Position numbers and translations under genes: made by a program
The notes under the pieces: model-generated
Seen by the model: only the letters and a program-made list of their open reading frames with translations
Databases searched by the model: none
Told to the model about the DNA's origin: nothing
From: Asterias rubens
Lineage: Eukaryota
Assembly: GCF_902459465.1 (NCBI RefSeq)
Contig: NC_047072.1
Location: forward strand, 16,988,001-17,052,000
Reading direction: 5' to 3'
DNA length: 64,000 bases
Part shown: positions 12,801-25,774 of the stretch, in pieces
Numbering within the stretch: position 1 is the stretch's first letter
Layout of the letters: the number at the start of each line of letters is the position of its first letter

Positions 12801-14468
12801 GAAGACGCTGCTTCTCAGGTCCTCCAACCCGTATGACATGGATACGAGGCTCGTACTTATGAAGAGAGTTCAACATGATCTACATAAATAGAGGGCACAA
12901 ATAAAAATGTATCAAGTTGATAACTTTTTTCATCGTAGTTAGAAAAACACTTTCTGTGATTTTGTATCTTCAATCAGATCTTAGAGTTCGAACATGTTAA
13001 CTTATAATCATATATACAACTTTCTAATTGCCCCCAAAAAAGGAAATGGCGATCACACTTTAACAGTGTTTTTCAAAAGAAAATGAAGAAACCAGCTGAT
13101 CGGCTGAAAAGTCGCATGCCTGTTATGTATAGGTTATTAGCTTGGTTTGCAAATAGATTATTCCAAAATGTATGCAGTCATAACCCAAATAATATTTAAG
13201 ACTTTTATAGAAAAACGATGGAAACACTATAGATGGATTTTGAATAGTTTGCTCGTTTTTTGTTTTTGTTTTCACGGCTATTAAAAACAAAGTTTGTCTT
13301 TTGTTTAATACACTTTCCTGAGTTAACATTATTTTTTGTGTATCCTATATTATAGGCATTCACTTTTTTTAATCTGAGTTTGAAGTCAACATAAGTACCG
13401 AAATAAAAGAGGATTCCCTTTGAGATTGTTAAATAAAATAATATGTGTATGTACCTGTCCAGTTCCGTTGAGTTTATTGGAGAGTTTGACTTTACTGAAT
13501 GATACACATTGCTTCATCCAGTGCGCTCCGAAGTTAGGTGAATCAGGGTGGATGTAGGCCGTACTTGGAGGGGGTGAATCGGGCTTACCTCCCGGTACCC
13601 ATTCACCGTTCACGTACTTCCAACGATTCTCGTCTGCCGGGGAGAAGTCTAGCAGGACGGAGTACATGGCGTTGGGGTTTAGACCGGAGATTGAGGCAGA
13701 CAGCACTGGGAACATCCTTCTAAAATGGATTTGAAATGGGGGGGATCAAATTCGACTTTTTAATTTGTTTATCAACTTTCAACTGTTTGGACTCTCGCTG
13801 ACAAAATGACAGTAGATTCCAGCTTTTTATTAAAACATAGCTAAACATTATTAAGTTCTGATAGGATGGCGGCTTGGTTAGAAGATGAAGGAATAACGGT
13901 CCAATGTTTATGGAAGGAATTTATGTTCATATATAAGGCAAAAGTGAGTTATGAACAGAAGTTCCTTCATAAGGCAAAAGTCAAACATAAATACAATTGG
14001 AAACGTTTGGTTTTTAATAGTATAAAGTTTACAGAAGAGTAAATCTACCAAAAAGTATCAATTTGTATATCAATCTCAAAATTAATAGCAAAAAATAGCA
14101 TGGCAAAATATGATCTTAAGATGGAATTCAGTTTCTGTGAAATTAAACCTTATAATAATTTACAGAAAGAAAAATAAAGTCTGGCAACAAGTGTTATTCA
14201 CTTAAGAAAAGGACCGCCAAGATGAAAATGCTTTTCTCCAGATATACATATTCAGGCAAACTCATAAAACTTACCTTCCAGTCTTAGTGACAATCATCTC
14301 ATTTGTAAGTTTACTAAATCTCCGCCATAGATCCCGATCTTCCAGCGTAACTTTCAGTCCCTTCTCGCTGGGGTCACCCTTCTCGCTCCCCCGTGTCATC
14401 TCGCTCTGCACGGCGCTCAGAAGATGCGCTACGTTGTACGAAGGCGGGCGCATTGTATCTGTACTCAT
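3817..14468 (-). CDS. bra: Brachyury (T) T-box transcription factor, 7 coding exons, 448 aa
   Basis: Exons (minus): 14468-14275, 13719-13455, 12879-12739, 11932-11871, 11032-10977, 9567-9379, 4256-3817. All have GT/AG boundaries with compatible phases (1347 nt). Brachyury-type T-box motifs: [81 protein letters not shown]-terminal WSPLTPPS motif. A small extra exon in the 5-kb last intron cannot be excluded. Confidence 0.97.
4352..4513. mobile_element. Head-to-head pair of tRNA-derived SINE heads
   Basis: Minus copy GGGCTAGATAGCTCAGTTGG..CACGTTAATCCGGA..GGTTCGAATCCCACTCTAGTCAATTC (4371-4448) directly abuts a 5'-truncated plus copy (from 4449). Confidence 0.75.
4770..4840 (-). repeat. Second copy of the hammerhead-containing repeat, with mutated core
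   Basis: Reverse complement reads CTC-TCGAATA-C-GAGTA-GAGTG-TACTC-GAAAC-GTC-GAG, followed by ..TCAGAGCCACACTCA, which is shared with 31580-31597 and 58120-58150. Confidence 0.55.
7144..7532 (+). mobile_element. Kolobok-like MITE (about 390 bp), Brachyury intron 6
   Basis: TTAA flanks; TIR AG(G/A)CA(G/C)TGGACACTATTGGT ... ACCAATAGTGTCCACTGCCT. AG..CT termini with a TTAA target are typical of the Kolobok superfamily. Confidence 0.85.
9651..10032 (+). mobile_element. Kolobok-like MITE, Brachyury intron 5
   Basis: Same TIRs and interior as 7144-7532. Confidence 0.85.
10259..10644. mobile_element. Foldback (fully palindromic) Kolobok-like MITE, Brachyury intron 5
   Basis: TTAA-AGGAGCACGTTGCCTTGG ... 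CCAAGGCAACGTGTCCCT-GTAA. The two arms of about 190 bp are reverse complements. Confidence 0.85.
11272..11566 (-). mobile_element. Kolobok-like MITE, internally deleted, reverse orientation, Brachyury intron 4
   Basis: TTAA on both sides; interior is the reverse complement of 9651-10032. Confidence 0.85.
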
Positions 14469-14584
14469 TTCTCAAATCAGTCCAAAACGACAAGGAATGA
14501 AATTGCGTATGTGTCAGTTACTGGTATGTGTTCTTGATAATCTGTTCTCATATAGCCTTTAACTCAAGTTGCAGAGAGGTTCAA

Positions 14585-14900
14585 CTTTGAAGCGGGCAAC
14601 TTTTCATGTAGTTGAAAATATCTATTCCATTCGGTCAAGATGCTTTAGTTTTGGAAGTTCTTCAGTTTTGACGGCTTGGTCAGCACCCCGCACTTACGGA
14701 AGAAAGGGGTGTCTAAGAAATGATGTTGAACTATCGAGAGCACGGGCTTCACTGACTCGATTCTGAAGATGCTCCAAAGACTTCAATCCCTCCCACTTCT
14801 CTTCCTCTACAATTACCCACCAATCGGTTAACTGAACTTGGGTTGTGTAGCTCTGATACAACGCTCAATCATACAGTGGCACAGCGGCTCCACATCAAAG
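14585..14900. promoter_or_regulatory. Candidate TCF/LEF sites upstream of Brachyury
   Basis: CTTTGAAG at 14585-14592 and ACATCAAAG(GG) at 14892-14900, within about 430 bp of the ATG. Motif match only. Confidence 0.45.
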
Positions 14901-16964
14901 GGGGTACAATTTGAAGTTAAAAAGTCTGCCAACACTGCACCTCTACTGTTCAAACACAACTCCACGTAGTGGAGCTTAAAACGTCAACCAACAAAACAGG
15001 TGATTTTTCCCGAGTCACATCAATCCCTATTGGCTATCATAACATGAATATCCATTAAACTCATGCATATTCAAATTCCTGATGATGCAATTGGGTTATC
15101 TTGGTTTACTTATTCATGACGTGAAGGTTTAGCGGCAGCTTATTGGTCCAAATGCAATTAGGAAGTCTGACAGTTTTGATGCGGTGTCAGTTACATAGAG
15201 CTGTCATCGACATCTTCTTAATAGCTGGCCCGACGAAGGTTGCGTTGTGATGCAAAGGCAGTTCACACTCCAAGCACACACAGCTTGAGCTTTTGTTATC
15301 ACTTTAATGGGATATAAAGTTTTTGTTTGTTTACGGGGGGGGGGGTCGGTAGTGCAAGGGGTTTCTTGCTGGTCTTAGGTCTTCCAGAGTTGAAGAAGAG
15401 AATTGTACAACCAAATTGTACAACAAAACAAAGTCTGACACCTGTACTTGATACAAAAAGTCGTATTTGTTTTAAAAAGGTTTCCCTGGTCTGCTCTTTT
15501 AAGTTTTAAAGGGATGGGTCACATCATAGAGCAAGGGGGAAATCTAGCGCTGCTTAACGGTGAGCAAATTTTCGTGCTAGCTATAGCAGAACAGAAGAGC
15601 TCCGTGCTCAGGACTGGTTAGCAAGGAAAAGAAACGAACAAAATCACCTGAAGATTTAGCTCTTGCAAACTCAAATTAATTATTAATAAATTTACTATAA
15701 TGACACATTGCAGATGTGGCGTACAGGGTCGATGTGTTAAGAGCACCGGACTCATGCTCTTGTGTTTACTACCAGAGTGGGTTACGGTTTCAGTGACAGA
15801 AATATTTAATAATAATAAATAAACAGTTACAATGCACAACTTGTGTCTTTCAGAAAGACGCAGCTGAGGTCATAACGTGAGGACGATTAGTTGAACATTA
15901 TTTAGAAGGCAGAATGTAGATATTAATAAAAACAAACAAGAGTTTCATGCAACGCGTCGTGCAAACGTGTTTGACCAGCACTGTAGGAAAGTACAGATAT
16001 AGATGCAGGCAAGCTATTTCTCACAAATCGACTTCAATTTATGGGAGGAATATTAAGCAAATCCTTCCTTATCAGACCAGGGGAAAATATTTACAACGAA
16101 GTTCCTTCCCGGTCCTTGAAGGCGTTTCAAAACTGCATCCTCTTGCTGACTCTGTTCAAAGTTCATAAAGAATTCACTCTTAACCAAAGCTTGAAAGGGA
16201 CTGACGCAAAAACACTTGAACTGAAAGAAGTATATTGACCACTACAATGCAGCACCAGGGAAACTTGAGAGACTGTGGTTTTTATGGCACTTGGCGGCAT
16301 CTTTAATGTTCCACTTGGGTTGACCATCCCATAGGCCCCACTTTGGAACCTCTTATGACCTGGGATTAATTAGTTTTCAAGGAGTCCTTGGCTTTCTTAA
16401 GACGAACATCTATTGTAAGGAGGAGTGTTTTGTGGTGTTGTTGGTGGTTTTTCTTTTACAAAAGATTGTGTTAAGTTAGCAGACGACAACATTGGAGTAT
16501 TTTGATCGTATGTGCTTGAATGGTCAAAACGAAATTCTCCGAACCTTTGATTGTTTGAGTTTTAATTTGTAATGTTGGTCTTCTTTTCGATGCAGATGCC
16601 CAGTCCGAACTCGCTTGACCCAGGAAGTTCATCCCAAAATGACCGCTAAACCGCGCTCTCTGTCACTGTCAGCCACAAACCGGCGGCATAAAATTGTACG
16701 TGAACCGACATGTCACGACATCGTACTCAAAACAACTAATAATTCCGTATAGCATTGCGTCACAACTAGTGGGAGGCCATGGGGGTATAGCGTATCGGAG
16801 ATGCCCTACTCGGACATGTATTGATTGCCTTATTAAATACATGTTAAATGAAAAAAAACATACAACGTTTTCAGGGTTAAAAGAATGTTTCATACAGCTT
16901 TTGTAAAACCAATAATTCTGATACAAAAAACTGTTCGAAGGATGAAATGGTAACGTTATGTTAA

Positions 16965-17316
16965 AGGCAGTGGACACTATTGGTAATTACTCAAAATAAT
17001 TATTAGCATATACCTTTCTTGATTACGAGTAATGGGGAGAGGTTGATAATATAAAACATTGTGAGAAACAGCTCCCTCTGAAGTGCCATAGTTTTTGAGA
17101 AAGAAGTGATTTTCCACGAATTTGATTTCGAGACCTCAGATTTAGAATTTGAGGTCTCGAAATCAACTATCTGGTTTTTGTCTTTCATTATTATCTCGCA
17201 ACTTCGATGACCGATTGAGCTCAAATTTTCACAGGTTTGTTATTTTATGAATTTGTTGAGATATACCAACTGTGAAGGCTAGTCTTTGACATAATCACCA
17301 ATAGTGTCCACTGGCT
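16965..17316 (-). mobile_element. Kolobok-like MITE, reverse orientation
   Basis: TTAA-AGGCAGTGGACACTATTGG ... CCAATAGTGTCCACTGGCT-TTAA. Confidence 0.85.
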
Positions 17317-18099
17317 TTAAGTGCATGTATTGCCGAAATGGACATGTCGGTGTATGCATCATCATGATCCAAGTAGATACAAACATGGTGTGACCGCAAA
17401 CCAAATATATAATACAATTCTTGTAAACAAAAAAAAAAGTAGTAAACGAATTTACCTTTAGCCTATACGTGCTTATAGTTGTTTAATTTATACCCTACAA
17501 TACTTTTAAAGCCATTGGACACTTTCTGAAAAGAACAAAAATTTAAAGTTCACAGATTTACAAATAACATACAGGGTTTAAGGTAATGGTGAAAGACTTC
17601 CCTTGAAATATTATTCCAAGAAATTCTTTATTGAGAAAACATTGAAACAAATATCAATTCTCGATATCGAGAATAACGGATTTATTACACATGTCATGAC
17701 ACGGCGAACGTGCGGAAACATGCGTGGATTTCCCCGTTATTTTTTCCCGACTCCGATGACCGATTGAGCCTAAATTTTCACAGGTTGATATAATTTGTGG
17801 TACCCGATGTTGTGCGATTGCTTTAAAATCACAACAAATGGTGCAACTTAAATAATATTTCATCTGTATGAAGATATATTTCATTGTGTTGATCATCGGT
17901 CTAGTTCGAATCCCGGTCATGAAACAGTGTGCCCTCGAGCAAGGCACTTAAACCACAATGCAACACCCAAACTAATAAAATACACATAGGGCATTGTTGT
18001 GTGAAGAGTTGCGAAATGTTTCTATACTTTTGTTGACTAAAAGCACAACTCAAAATTCAGTCGGTCCTATTTCATTTACTCTGAAGTGGAAAAAGCAAG

Positions 18100-18260
18100 G
18101 CCCTTTTGTGACGAGGGATTATTTGGGCTGGCTGGTTTTGATGTACGAGGTGTCATCCCGTGTTTTATGATCCACATCTTGATTCGTGATTCAAAGAATT
18201 CAGATGTAAAGTGTCATAAAGTAGGTTCAGCAAGATTTATTAGGTCATAGTTTTTAGAAA
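18100..18260. promoter_or_regulatory. Candidate Brachyury distal enhancer (Otx/TCF/T-box/Cdx-Hox13 motif cluster)
   Basis: GGATTA 18116, TTTTGATGT 18136, AGGTGTCA 18148, TTTTATGA 18163, ATTCAAAG 18189, GTCATAAA 18213, TTTATTA 18236, all in about 130 bp of non-repetitive DNA. Confidence 0.4.
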
Positions 18261-19033
18261 GAGGCAGTAGAATTGCCGAGTCGGTCAGCCATGTGTTGTG
18301 GGGGCGATCGGGCCCGACGCACGGCGGAGATAATGGACATCGGGCCGCTGGGCAGTACCCGCTAAAACCCTCTTTCCACAATGTCATTCATTGTTGTGAT
18401 CATAAATATGAATAATCTCTTTGTTATACTTGTCATCTGTCTTAAATTTATATTACCATGGTGTTCGTGGAAACCGATCAAGAAAATGAGAGAGACAAAA
18501 CTGAAGCGTGTGTTACTGACCATAGAGGAATAATGTATTCCTCCATGAACTGACCAACGTCCAAACAGAGGGAAAGTTCACTGAACAAACGATACGTGAA
18601 TGCACAATATAAAAATGTCAAAAATAGAAATCATAACATTCGATGCACAAACCCATGTGAATATCCAATTTAAAAAAATAATAGCAGTGAACATCCAGGG
18701 TTGTTAAGATCCAAAATCAGAGATGAATACCGTCATTTCGATCAGCAAATAAATAAAAACGAAATGGCGTCCACGCAGGTAGCTCGTGTCAACAATTTAC
18801 CGTGAGGGAACATAAATCTTGTACCGTCAAAAGCCTTCGGAATACGGTAGCTGACTCAGGTCCGTGTACAATGTTTACGTAATGATGATAGGGGTGGTTT
18901 GGGAATGTTGCGACCGGCACCCATTTCCGTATACGGCAGGTAGAGCTTGACAGTACGTCAAAACGGACACATTTTGAAACTGGGAACTGAAAACCTAATT
19001 TAAGCGTAAACAAGAGCATAATAACTTTGTTTG

Positions 19034-19659
19034 TTAAAGAACTGGAAGCCTTTGGTTAATGTCAACGACCAGTATTCTTACTTGGTGTATCCCAACAAGT
19101 TGCAAGAGAAAAATGAAAGAATAATTATTAAAACCGACGAGCTGTTGCACAATAATGTTTGTAATTGCATATGCCGAAAAAGGGCTTACGTCTTTTAAAA
19201 CTTTCAGAGGAAGCCGTTTCTCATAATGTTTTATACTATCAACAGCTCTCCGTTGCTCATTAATTTTTTGGGGGGTGCTAATTATCAAACGTATCCAGTG
19301 CATTTCAAGACACTGGACACTATTGGTAATAATTGTCAAAGACCAGTCTTCTCACTGTGTGTATTTCAACAGCAAACCTGTGCAATTTTGTGCTCAGTTG
19401 GTCGTCGAATTTGCGAGATAATAATGCAAGAAAAAAACACCCTTGTCACACGATGTGTGCTTGATTTCGAGACCTCAATATCCAATTCCGTGGTCTCGAA
19501 ATCAAACTCGTGGAAAATTACTTCTCTCTCGAAAACCATGTTACTTCAGAGGGAGCCATTTCTCACACTGTTTTATACTATCAACAGCCATTACTCGTTC
19601 TCAAGTAAGGTTTTATGCTAATGATCGTTTTGAGTAATAACCAATAGTGTCCACTGCCT
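19034..19659 (+). mobile_element. Two adjacent Kolobok-like MITE copies (degenerate 19034-19305; 19308-19659)
   Basis: Family TIR and interior motifs (gaaatcaaactcgtggaaaattactt; cagagggagcc). Confidence 0.75.
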
Positions 19660-20447
19660 TTAACCAATACAACGTATATATATATTTACCGATTCTCTAT
19701 CTGAGATAAATCAATTGAAGATCCCATCCTAGTCAGAAGTATGTATTTTATATTTGTTCTTTCTCCACCAAAACTGCTCATAAACAGGCGGCTACGCCCA
19801 ACACCCGTCTGTAGAAGACTATTGCATGTATGTGAGAGCAAATACAAACCTCAAAGGGTGGTGATTTAGAACAAATATTTCATCCACATCTGTAATTTTC
19901 TCGTTCTTTATTCCACAGACTCTGTTAAAGAATGGGTTGTTTTCAAGTATTGTGCTCTGGGAATGTTTTAGATTGTTTAAATTGTTGGATGTATAGTGTA
20001 CTCTGTTATTAGAAATAAACCACGGACAATTTGATTTCCAGTGACATACCGGTGTTTGAGCTCGCGTCCCTTGTAAGTTGTATACTTCATTGTGTAAAAG
20101 CGAACCAGCATATTTCCTTTTCAATCTTGGACCGTCTTTAACAGAGCAGATGTATTCCCCCTTCCCCATTGTTCACAGACTTTCCATTTCAACTCGAGCC
20201 TATGTATAATCGGTGATCGATGCAACACATAAAATGAAATCGAAAATGGCCATATTTGCAGGGACTGAAAACTCATCCACATTTTATTTAGAGTGCCAAG
20301 TGGGATTTGAACTGGGGTCCTACAAGTGAAAGGCGAGGAAACAATATTACTAGTAAATACAAAATAATATGTCAACGCACCAACCATCCAATTTCATTCG
20401 TGCATACACAACTCGTTCTTTTTATAAAGGTTATTTCGAAATGCAAA

Positions 20448-21143
20448 AGGCAGTTTTTTAATTACCCACAATAATTATCTGCATAAAACGTTACTTGGTA
20501 ACGAGTATGGGGAGCTGTTGATAATTAAAACACCGTGAGAAACGGCTCCCTCTGAATTTCCATAGTTTTCGTGAAAGAAGTAATTTTCCACGAATTTGAT
20601 TTCAAGACATCGGAATTAGATTTTGAGGTCCCGAAATCAAGCATCTGAAAGCACACAGCTTCGTGTGACAAGACTGGTTTTCTTTCATTATTATCTCGCA
20701 ACTTCGACGACCAATATTGAGCTCAAACTGTCTTTGACAATTACCAATAGTGTTGTCTTTAAAGGCAGTGGACACTATTGGTAATTGTCGGAGACCAACC
20801 TTCACAGTTGGTGTATCTCAACATGTGCATAAAATAAAAAACCTGTGGAAATTTGAGCTCAATCGGTCATCGAACTTGCGAGATAATAATGAAAGAAAAA
20901 ACATCCCTGTCACACGAAGTTGTGTGTGTTTAGATTGATTTCGAGACCTCAAGTTCTAAACCTGAAGTCTCGAAATCAAATTCGTGGAAAATTACTTCTT
21001 TCTCGAAAACTATGGCACTTCAGAGGGAGCCGTTTCTCACAATGTTTTATACCATCTACCTCTCCCCATTACTCATAGTCATAATCAAGAAAGGTTTTAT
21101 GATGATAATTATTTTGAGTAATTACCAATAGTGTCCACTGCCT
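20448..21143. mobile_element. Head-to-head pair of Kolobok-like MITEs sharing one TTAA
   Basis: Reverse copy 20448-20758, TTAA at 20759-20762, forward copy 20763-21143. Confidence 0.85.
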
Positions 21144-21529
21144 TTAAGCTGAGTGTCAGGAAAATAAAGATGTTTTGAAAGTGGACTTGAACAGAACCAC
21201 AAGGCGCACTTTTAAAGGATCTGTCAGTGACCTTTTTACGCTTTGTACGTTATGGTTTTCAAAGTTTGGCTGGGAGAATATTATGACACATGTGTGGGAT
21301 GGGTACAAATTTACTCATTCAAGTGTTCGGAATATACATAAAAATAGAATTTACCCAATGATACAATTAGTTCTACAAATTGCGAAGCCTCAACACAAAT
21401 TTGAAAGGAAGTACTTTTGCCATGGGTCAGATAATTTGTTTTTGTTTATAATCTCCATGGTTGTGGGCGAACAGTTGTGGTTTTCTGTTTGTTATAACTT
21501 GAAACGCACCTATTGTTAATACAACCTGT

Positions 21530-21600
21530 GAATGACGTCACGAAAACTACAACCAATCAGGATCCCCGTATGTTTCATCATTAAAAATTACCAATCAAGG
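21530..21600. promoter_or_regulatory. CRE + CCAAT promoter-like element with no assigned gene
   Basis: TGACGTCA at about 21534 followed by two CCAATC motifs. A CpG-richer tract follows at 21760-22070. Confidence 0.25.
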
Positions 21601-24341
21601 TCTTCCTTTATCTGGTTGTGCTTGTCTTCGTCATAGATTCGTGAATAATTATAGAATGATTTCCTCAATATACATAACTCAAACATTCATGTGTTGTCTG
21701 TAACTAAAGCTGTGCCACACCCACACAAATATTTTACTTTCAGAGCTTCATCTCCCACTGAGACAACACGAGCAGACTGGGGGAAACGTCGCCACATTTC
21801 GGCGCGTTGGATTGTCGAGTTGTTAATGCGTCGGACAAAAATTTCACCACGTAGAACTCCAGAGGAGAGCGGGAAATTGTACCTTACCCGTTTACCGAGC
21901 GTGGGGTCTGGCTTCGCCCATAGAAATTTCCCATACTCGGGGGGTAAATCGGGAGGAAAACTGTGATATTTGAAGCAGTACCAAAAACCTTTTGGCTATG
22001 GCGACCAACCGAACGTCCCAGGCATTCGACGGGGTCACACCCGCCGAGTAACGGCATATTGAGCCGTAGGATCTAGTTTACTGATTGCACAATGTTCATT
22101 TTATTATGTATGAGTTGTAGCATTGAAAGTTTATCTAAAGTCAAAGAAAAAATTATCACAGAACAATCGAGAGGGAACCTTTTTTTTTTTACAGACGGAA
22201 TGATTATCTATTTTGGTATTTTAATTCTGACAACGTTTTTCTTGAGAGACCCACGGTCGTGACCCATAAATTTACAGACAATATTTTGCTGGCTCAGGCT
22301 GACTTGAGATGGTTCGCCGGAAAAGGAAAGACGTAATTTTATTTTGATATTGAGACGTCAGTAGCTTGAATACAGATTGAGTGCCGATCAATAATTTTAT
22401 AACCACACATCAAAGAGTCACATTTCTAAATCTTTCAATAACTAATCCGTTATTCATAGCCCATCATACGGTCTGAATTATACGCGAAGCCATCTGAAGT
22501 CAACGCTTAGTGAGTAAGCACGAGCACTTGACAAGTACTTGTGGCCATCACCTACCGTCCAAAGTACAATAATCACCCGCTGAATTGAAATCACTCGCCG
22601 AGTCCCGCTCACTCTGCGAGAAGGAGGTTTTGAGCAAACCGGCCCAACACTTTTACCTTCCCACACCAAAGCCAATCTTCTCAGAAAAAAATGAACCCTG
22701 TTTGTTCATCGGACATTCTGAAACAAAACAAAATCGATTAGAATGGATATCCTAGTGAGAGGGTTAAGACCATTTTGTGTACCTCCTCTCACCTTGTTTT
22801 TGTCCTCCCGGGGATCGGTTTAATTGTTGGGGTGGGTCAGGAACCCTCACTGTGGCCCGGCCTCGGGGACCGGTCTTATTCGTTAATTACAGAGCATACA
22901 AATGAACAATGTATGTGGACAAACATTAATTACTGGGTGGTGTTTGGGGATGGAATTGGATGAATAGTCGGTGGGTTGAGTGGCATGTCCGGACAAGGTG
23001 TAGTAGACACACCCGGGTACCCTTTTGCTATCTGCTTACACAGGTGTCTTCATAGTCATAATAACCTTCGGCTGTTGCATGAAGCTTTATTGTAGGTAAA
23101 AGTAATCATTCCCTGAAAGACTTGAAAGGTCTTTAGTAGGTGTTTTACAGATACACCTCTAAATGGGGCAAGGTACTGATACGGTTTAACATAATTGGTA
23201 TATTTTTAGTAAATTGTATTCAATAATGAATGTTTGAAATGCTTCTTTACGTTTAATATATCTTTAGTGTGGTTTTATTAAAGCATTGTGCATTTTAAAC
23301 TTTTTAATTGTATTGCTTGGGTGGAGCTCTTTTATTATTAGGTGTTCGGCTAACAGCCGAACAACTATTGTTATTGTTATGTTTTTGTTGTTTTTCCGCG
23401 CGTTCTTCTTTCTCTCCGAAACTTCTCCAGCAAGTTTAAACAAAAGTAAAGCTTGTACAAACATAATTATTATTATTACTTTCGATTATAAGGGTTTATA
23501 ATTATTTTTTGCATTGCACCTCTAGAAACGTTTTCTTTGAACAAAAAGAACGCAGACAGCTATGAACATCAAATCATAGAACCGTTATTTAGAAATTGAG
23601 CGGCGCGAACTTAAAGTTTTTCCAGAATAATAATATCAAAGAGCACCAAACAGCCGTCTGTAGCAAGTAGGCCGATTGGTTGATGACCACCCTGCTCTAC
23701 ACCAACAATAATACAGGAAACAATAAGACTTCGAAGACTCTGTGTGAGCTCAAACAAAACGTGATAGGGCATAGACTCTCTGTGATTAAGGGTGGACCAT
23801 GGCAGGAACTGAACAGCCCACACAAACTCAATTCACATACCCTCTAATCAAATAATAATTAAACAGACACAATTCACTGATTTTTGTTTATCATTATGGG
23901 TCATCATAGGCAAGGCCAAGACGATTGGCGGTGGGGATGGGGCGAGACTGAATACTCGGGAGGGGGGGGGGGGGGGCTGGTTGGTGGGGGTGTTAATTCT
24001 CGCTCTGAATGAGAATGTGCCGTTCGGACCACGGTCTGGTCATAGAGCAAGGGTCTAGCTAATTGATTGGGCGGAACTTCGGTTTGATTGACTCAGGTGA
24101 TTTCAGAAAGTGGTTGGTGGTGATAATGAGGACGTGTGAGGGCGTATAGAGAAATCTGACCCCCCCCCCCACCCCAGAGATTGGCCCTTTTCGAAACCAC
24201 GGCTTCGACTTTGGATACGGCACAACATGTGCAATATTGTCACAAAGCAACCGCGGAGCCAAGCTAGCCTGAGCCAAATCCACAGGAGAACCGTGGCTTT
24301 GCCCCCCCCCCCCCCCCCCCCCCCCCATAATGGGAAATAAA

Positions 24342-24494
24342 GGGTGCGTTCGTTAAGCTTCCCTGGGTCGACCCTGGTGTATGGCGGTTTTTTTTTTCTA
24401 GGACGAACGTAGGTAATTATCTGCACACGTTCGTCCTGGAAAAAAAAAACGCCACACACCGGGGTCGACCCGGGGAAGGTAAACGAAAGCACCC
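24342..24494. mobile_element. Palindromic MITE (GGTGCGTTCG termini)
   Basis: GGGTGCGTTCGTTAAGCTTCCCTGGGTCGACCC ... GGGTCGACCCGGGGAAGGTAAACGAAAGCACCC; same termini as 52403-52935. Confidence 0.8.
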
Positions 24495-25774
24495 CAACAT
24501 GTACTGAATGAGGATGATTCAAAAGAGGGCGCTATCAGAGTTCGCCCTATTGGGGGTGGGGACATGCACGTAAATTTTAGGGGAACATAACCTCCTGCCG
24601 CATCGGCATTGATATTGCATCCCGAGTTTATTTAGTATTCTGTAGATCTACTTTTTTTGCTGATTTTTAGGCAACTTGATGTCTTCATAAAGAGATGCAC
24701 ATAATTATTGCTAGAGTATTTATTGAAGTTAATAAAAACACCGATCTCAACTATTCATTCACAATATTATTTTGCATTTATTGCTGGCAATTACTTATTA
24801 CTAGAAGTTGATTGACGTACATGCATAATAAGTAGTATCTCTGGAACATCATGTAAACGAACACTTCCTAATTAAGCAGCTATCGTAAAAAGAAAACCAC
24901 CGAGATTTGAAGGATGTTTTTAAATATCTACAAAAGTGACAACTTTGTCATGAAACTAATGCTATTTAAAATTAATACAGTATTTTGAAATACATGGTGG
25001 GATGCACTGGTAAAAAGGTGAACCAACTAAAGATTGTGTTTATTCAACACTGTTTACTTTTAAAATATATTGCCATAAAACCATGAGACAGAATCGCTCT
25101 AAAAGATTTTGTGTCAACTAATAAAAAAAGCTTTTAGTTTTGAAAATGTCACGAAATTGTTTTTAACAATTGTAGAAAGTTGTATTTCCATACAAATAAC
25201 AAGGATTCCTTCAAAAACAAACTGACAAATAAATAATGTAAGCGTTTATTTTGAAAACTAGTAAAAATGGTAAAACGCATATTGTTGTACAATAAACACT
25301 GTTGTTGACTAGTCAAACATTCATGGACTAAAGTTTGATAGTTCTTTCAATGGGTTGAAATTAAAAAAAAAACAGCATTGGAAACTGCAGTAAAATAAAC
25401 AATAACATTAATCAAAGCAAAGCACCAAACCGATAAAAACAGTACCTAGAAATAATATCCGCTCTCTTAACACATTTAAGTTAGAAGAAATGTAATATGT
25501 GTTTCAACATAAAAGCAAGTAAAAACAGCAAATTAAAAAAGTAAATAAAACCGAAACATGTCAAACACTACCACTAATTGCACCGTATTTTTAAAACATA
25601 ACATTAGCGGTCGACATATTTAAAAAAGCAAAGCAGGAACTGTATGAAAAAAAACACTCACGGTGGAATATTGAAATTGATCAGAAGTGGACATTTTTAA
25701 GAAAATGCAATCCATGTTTTTTATTTACTTATTTAAAACATGTGCTCAAAACGCGGCTAATCATTTTTGTTTTA

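Noticed and set aside
23930-24330. G/C homopolymer runs and G-quadruplex-like tracts (also 53995-54030)
   Set aside because: Simple low-complexity runs prone to length errors; no functional context is visible.
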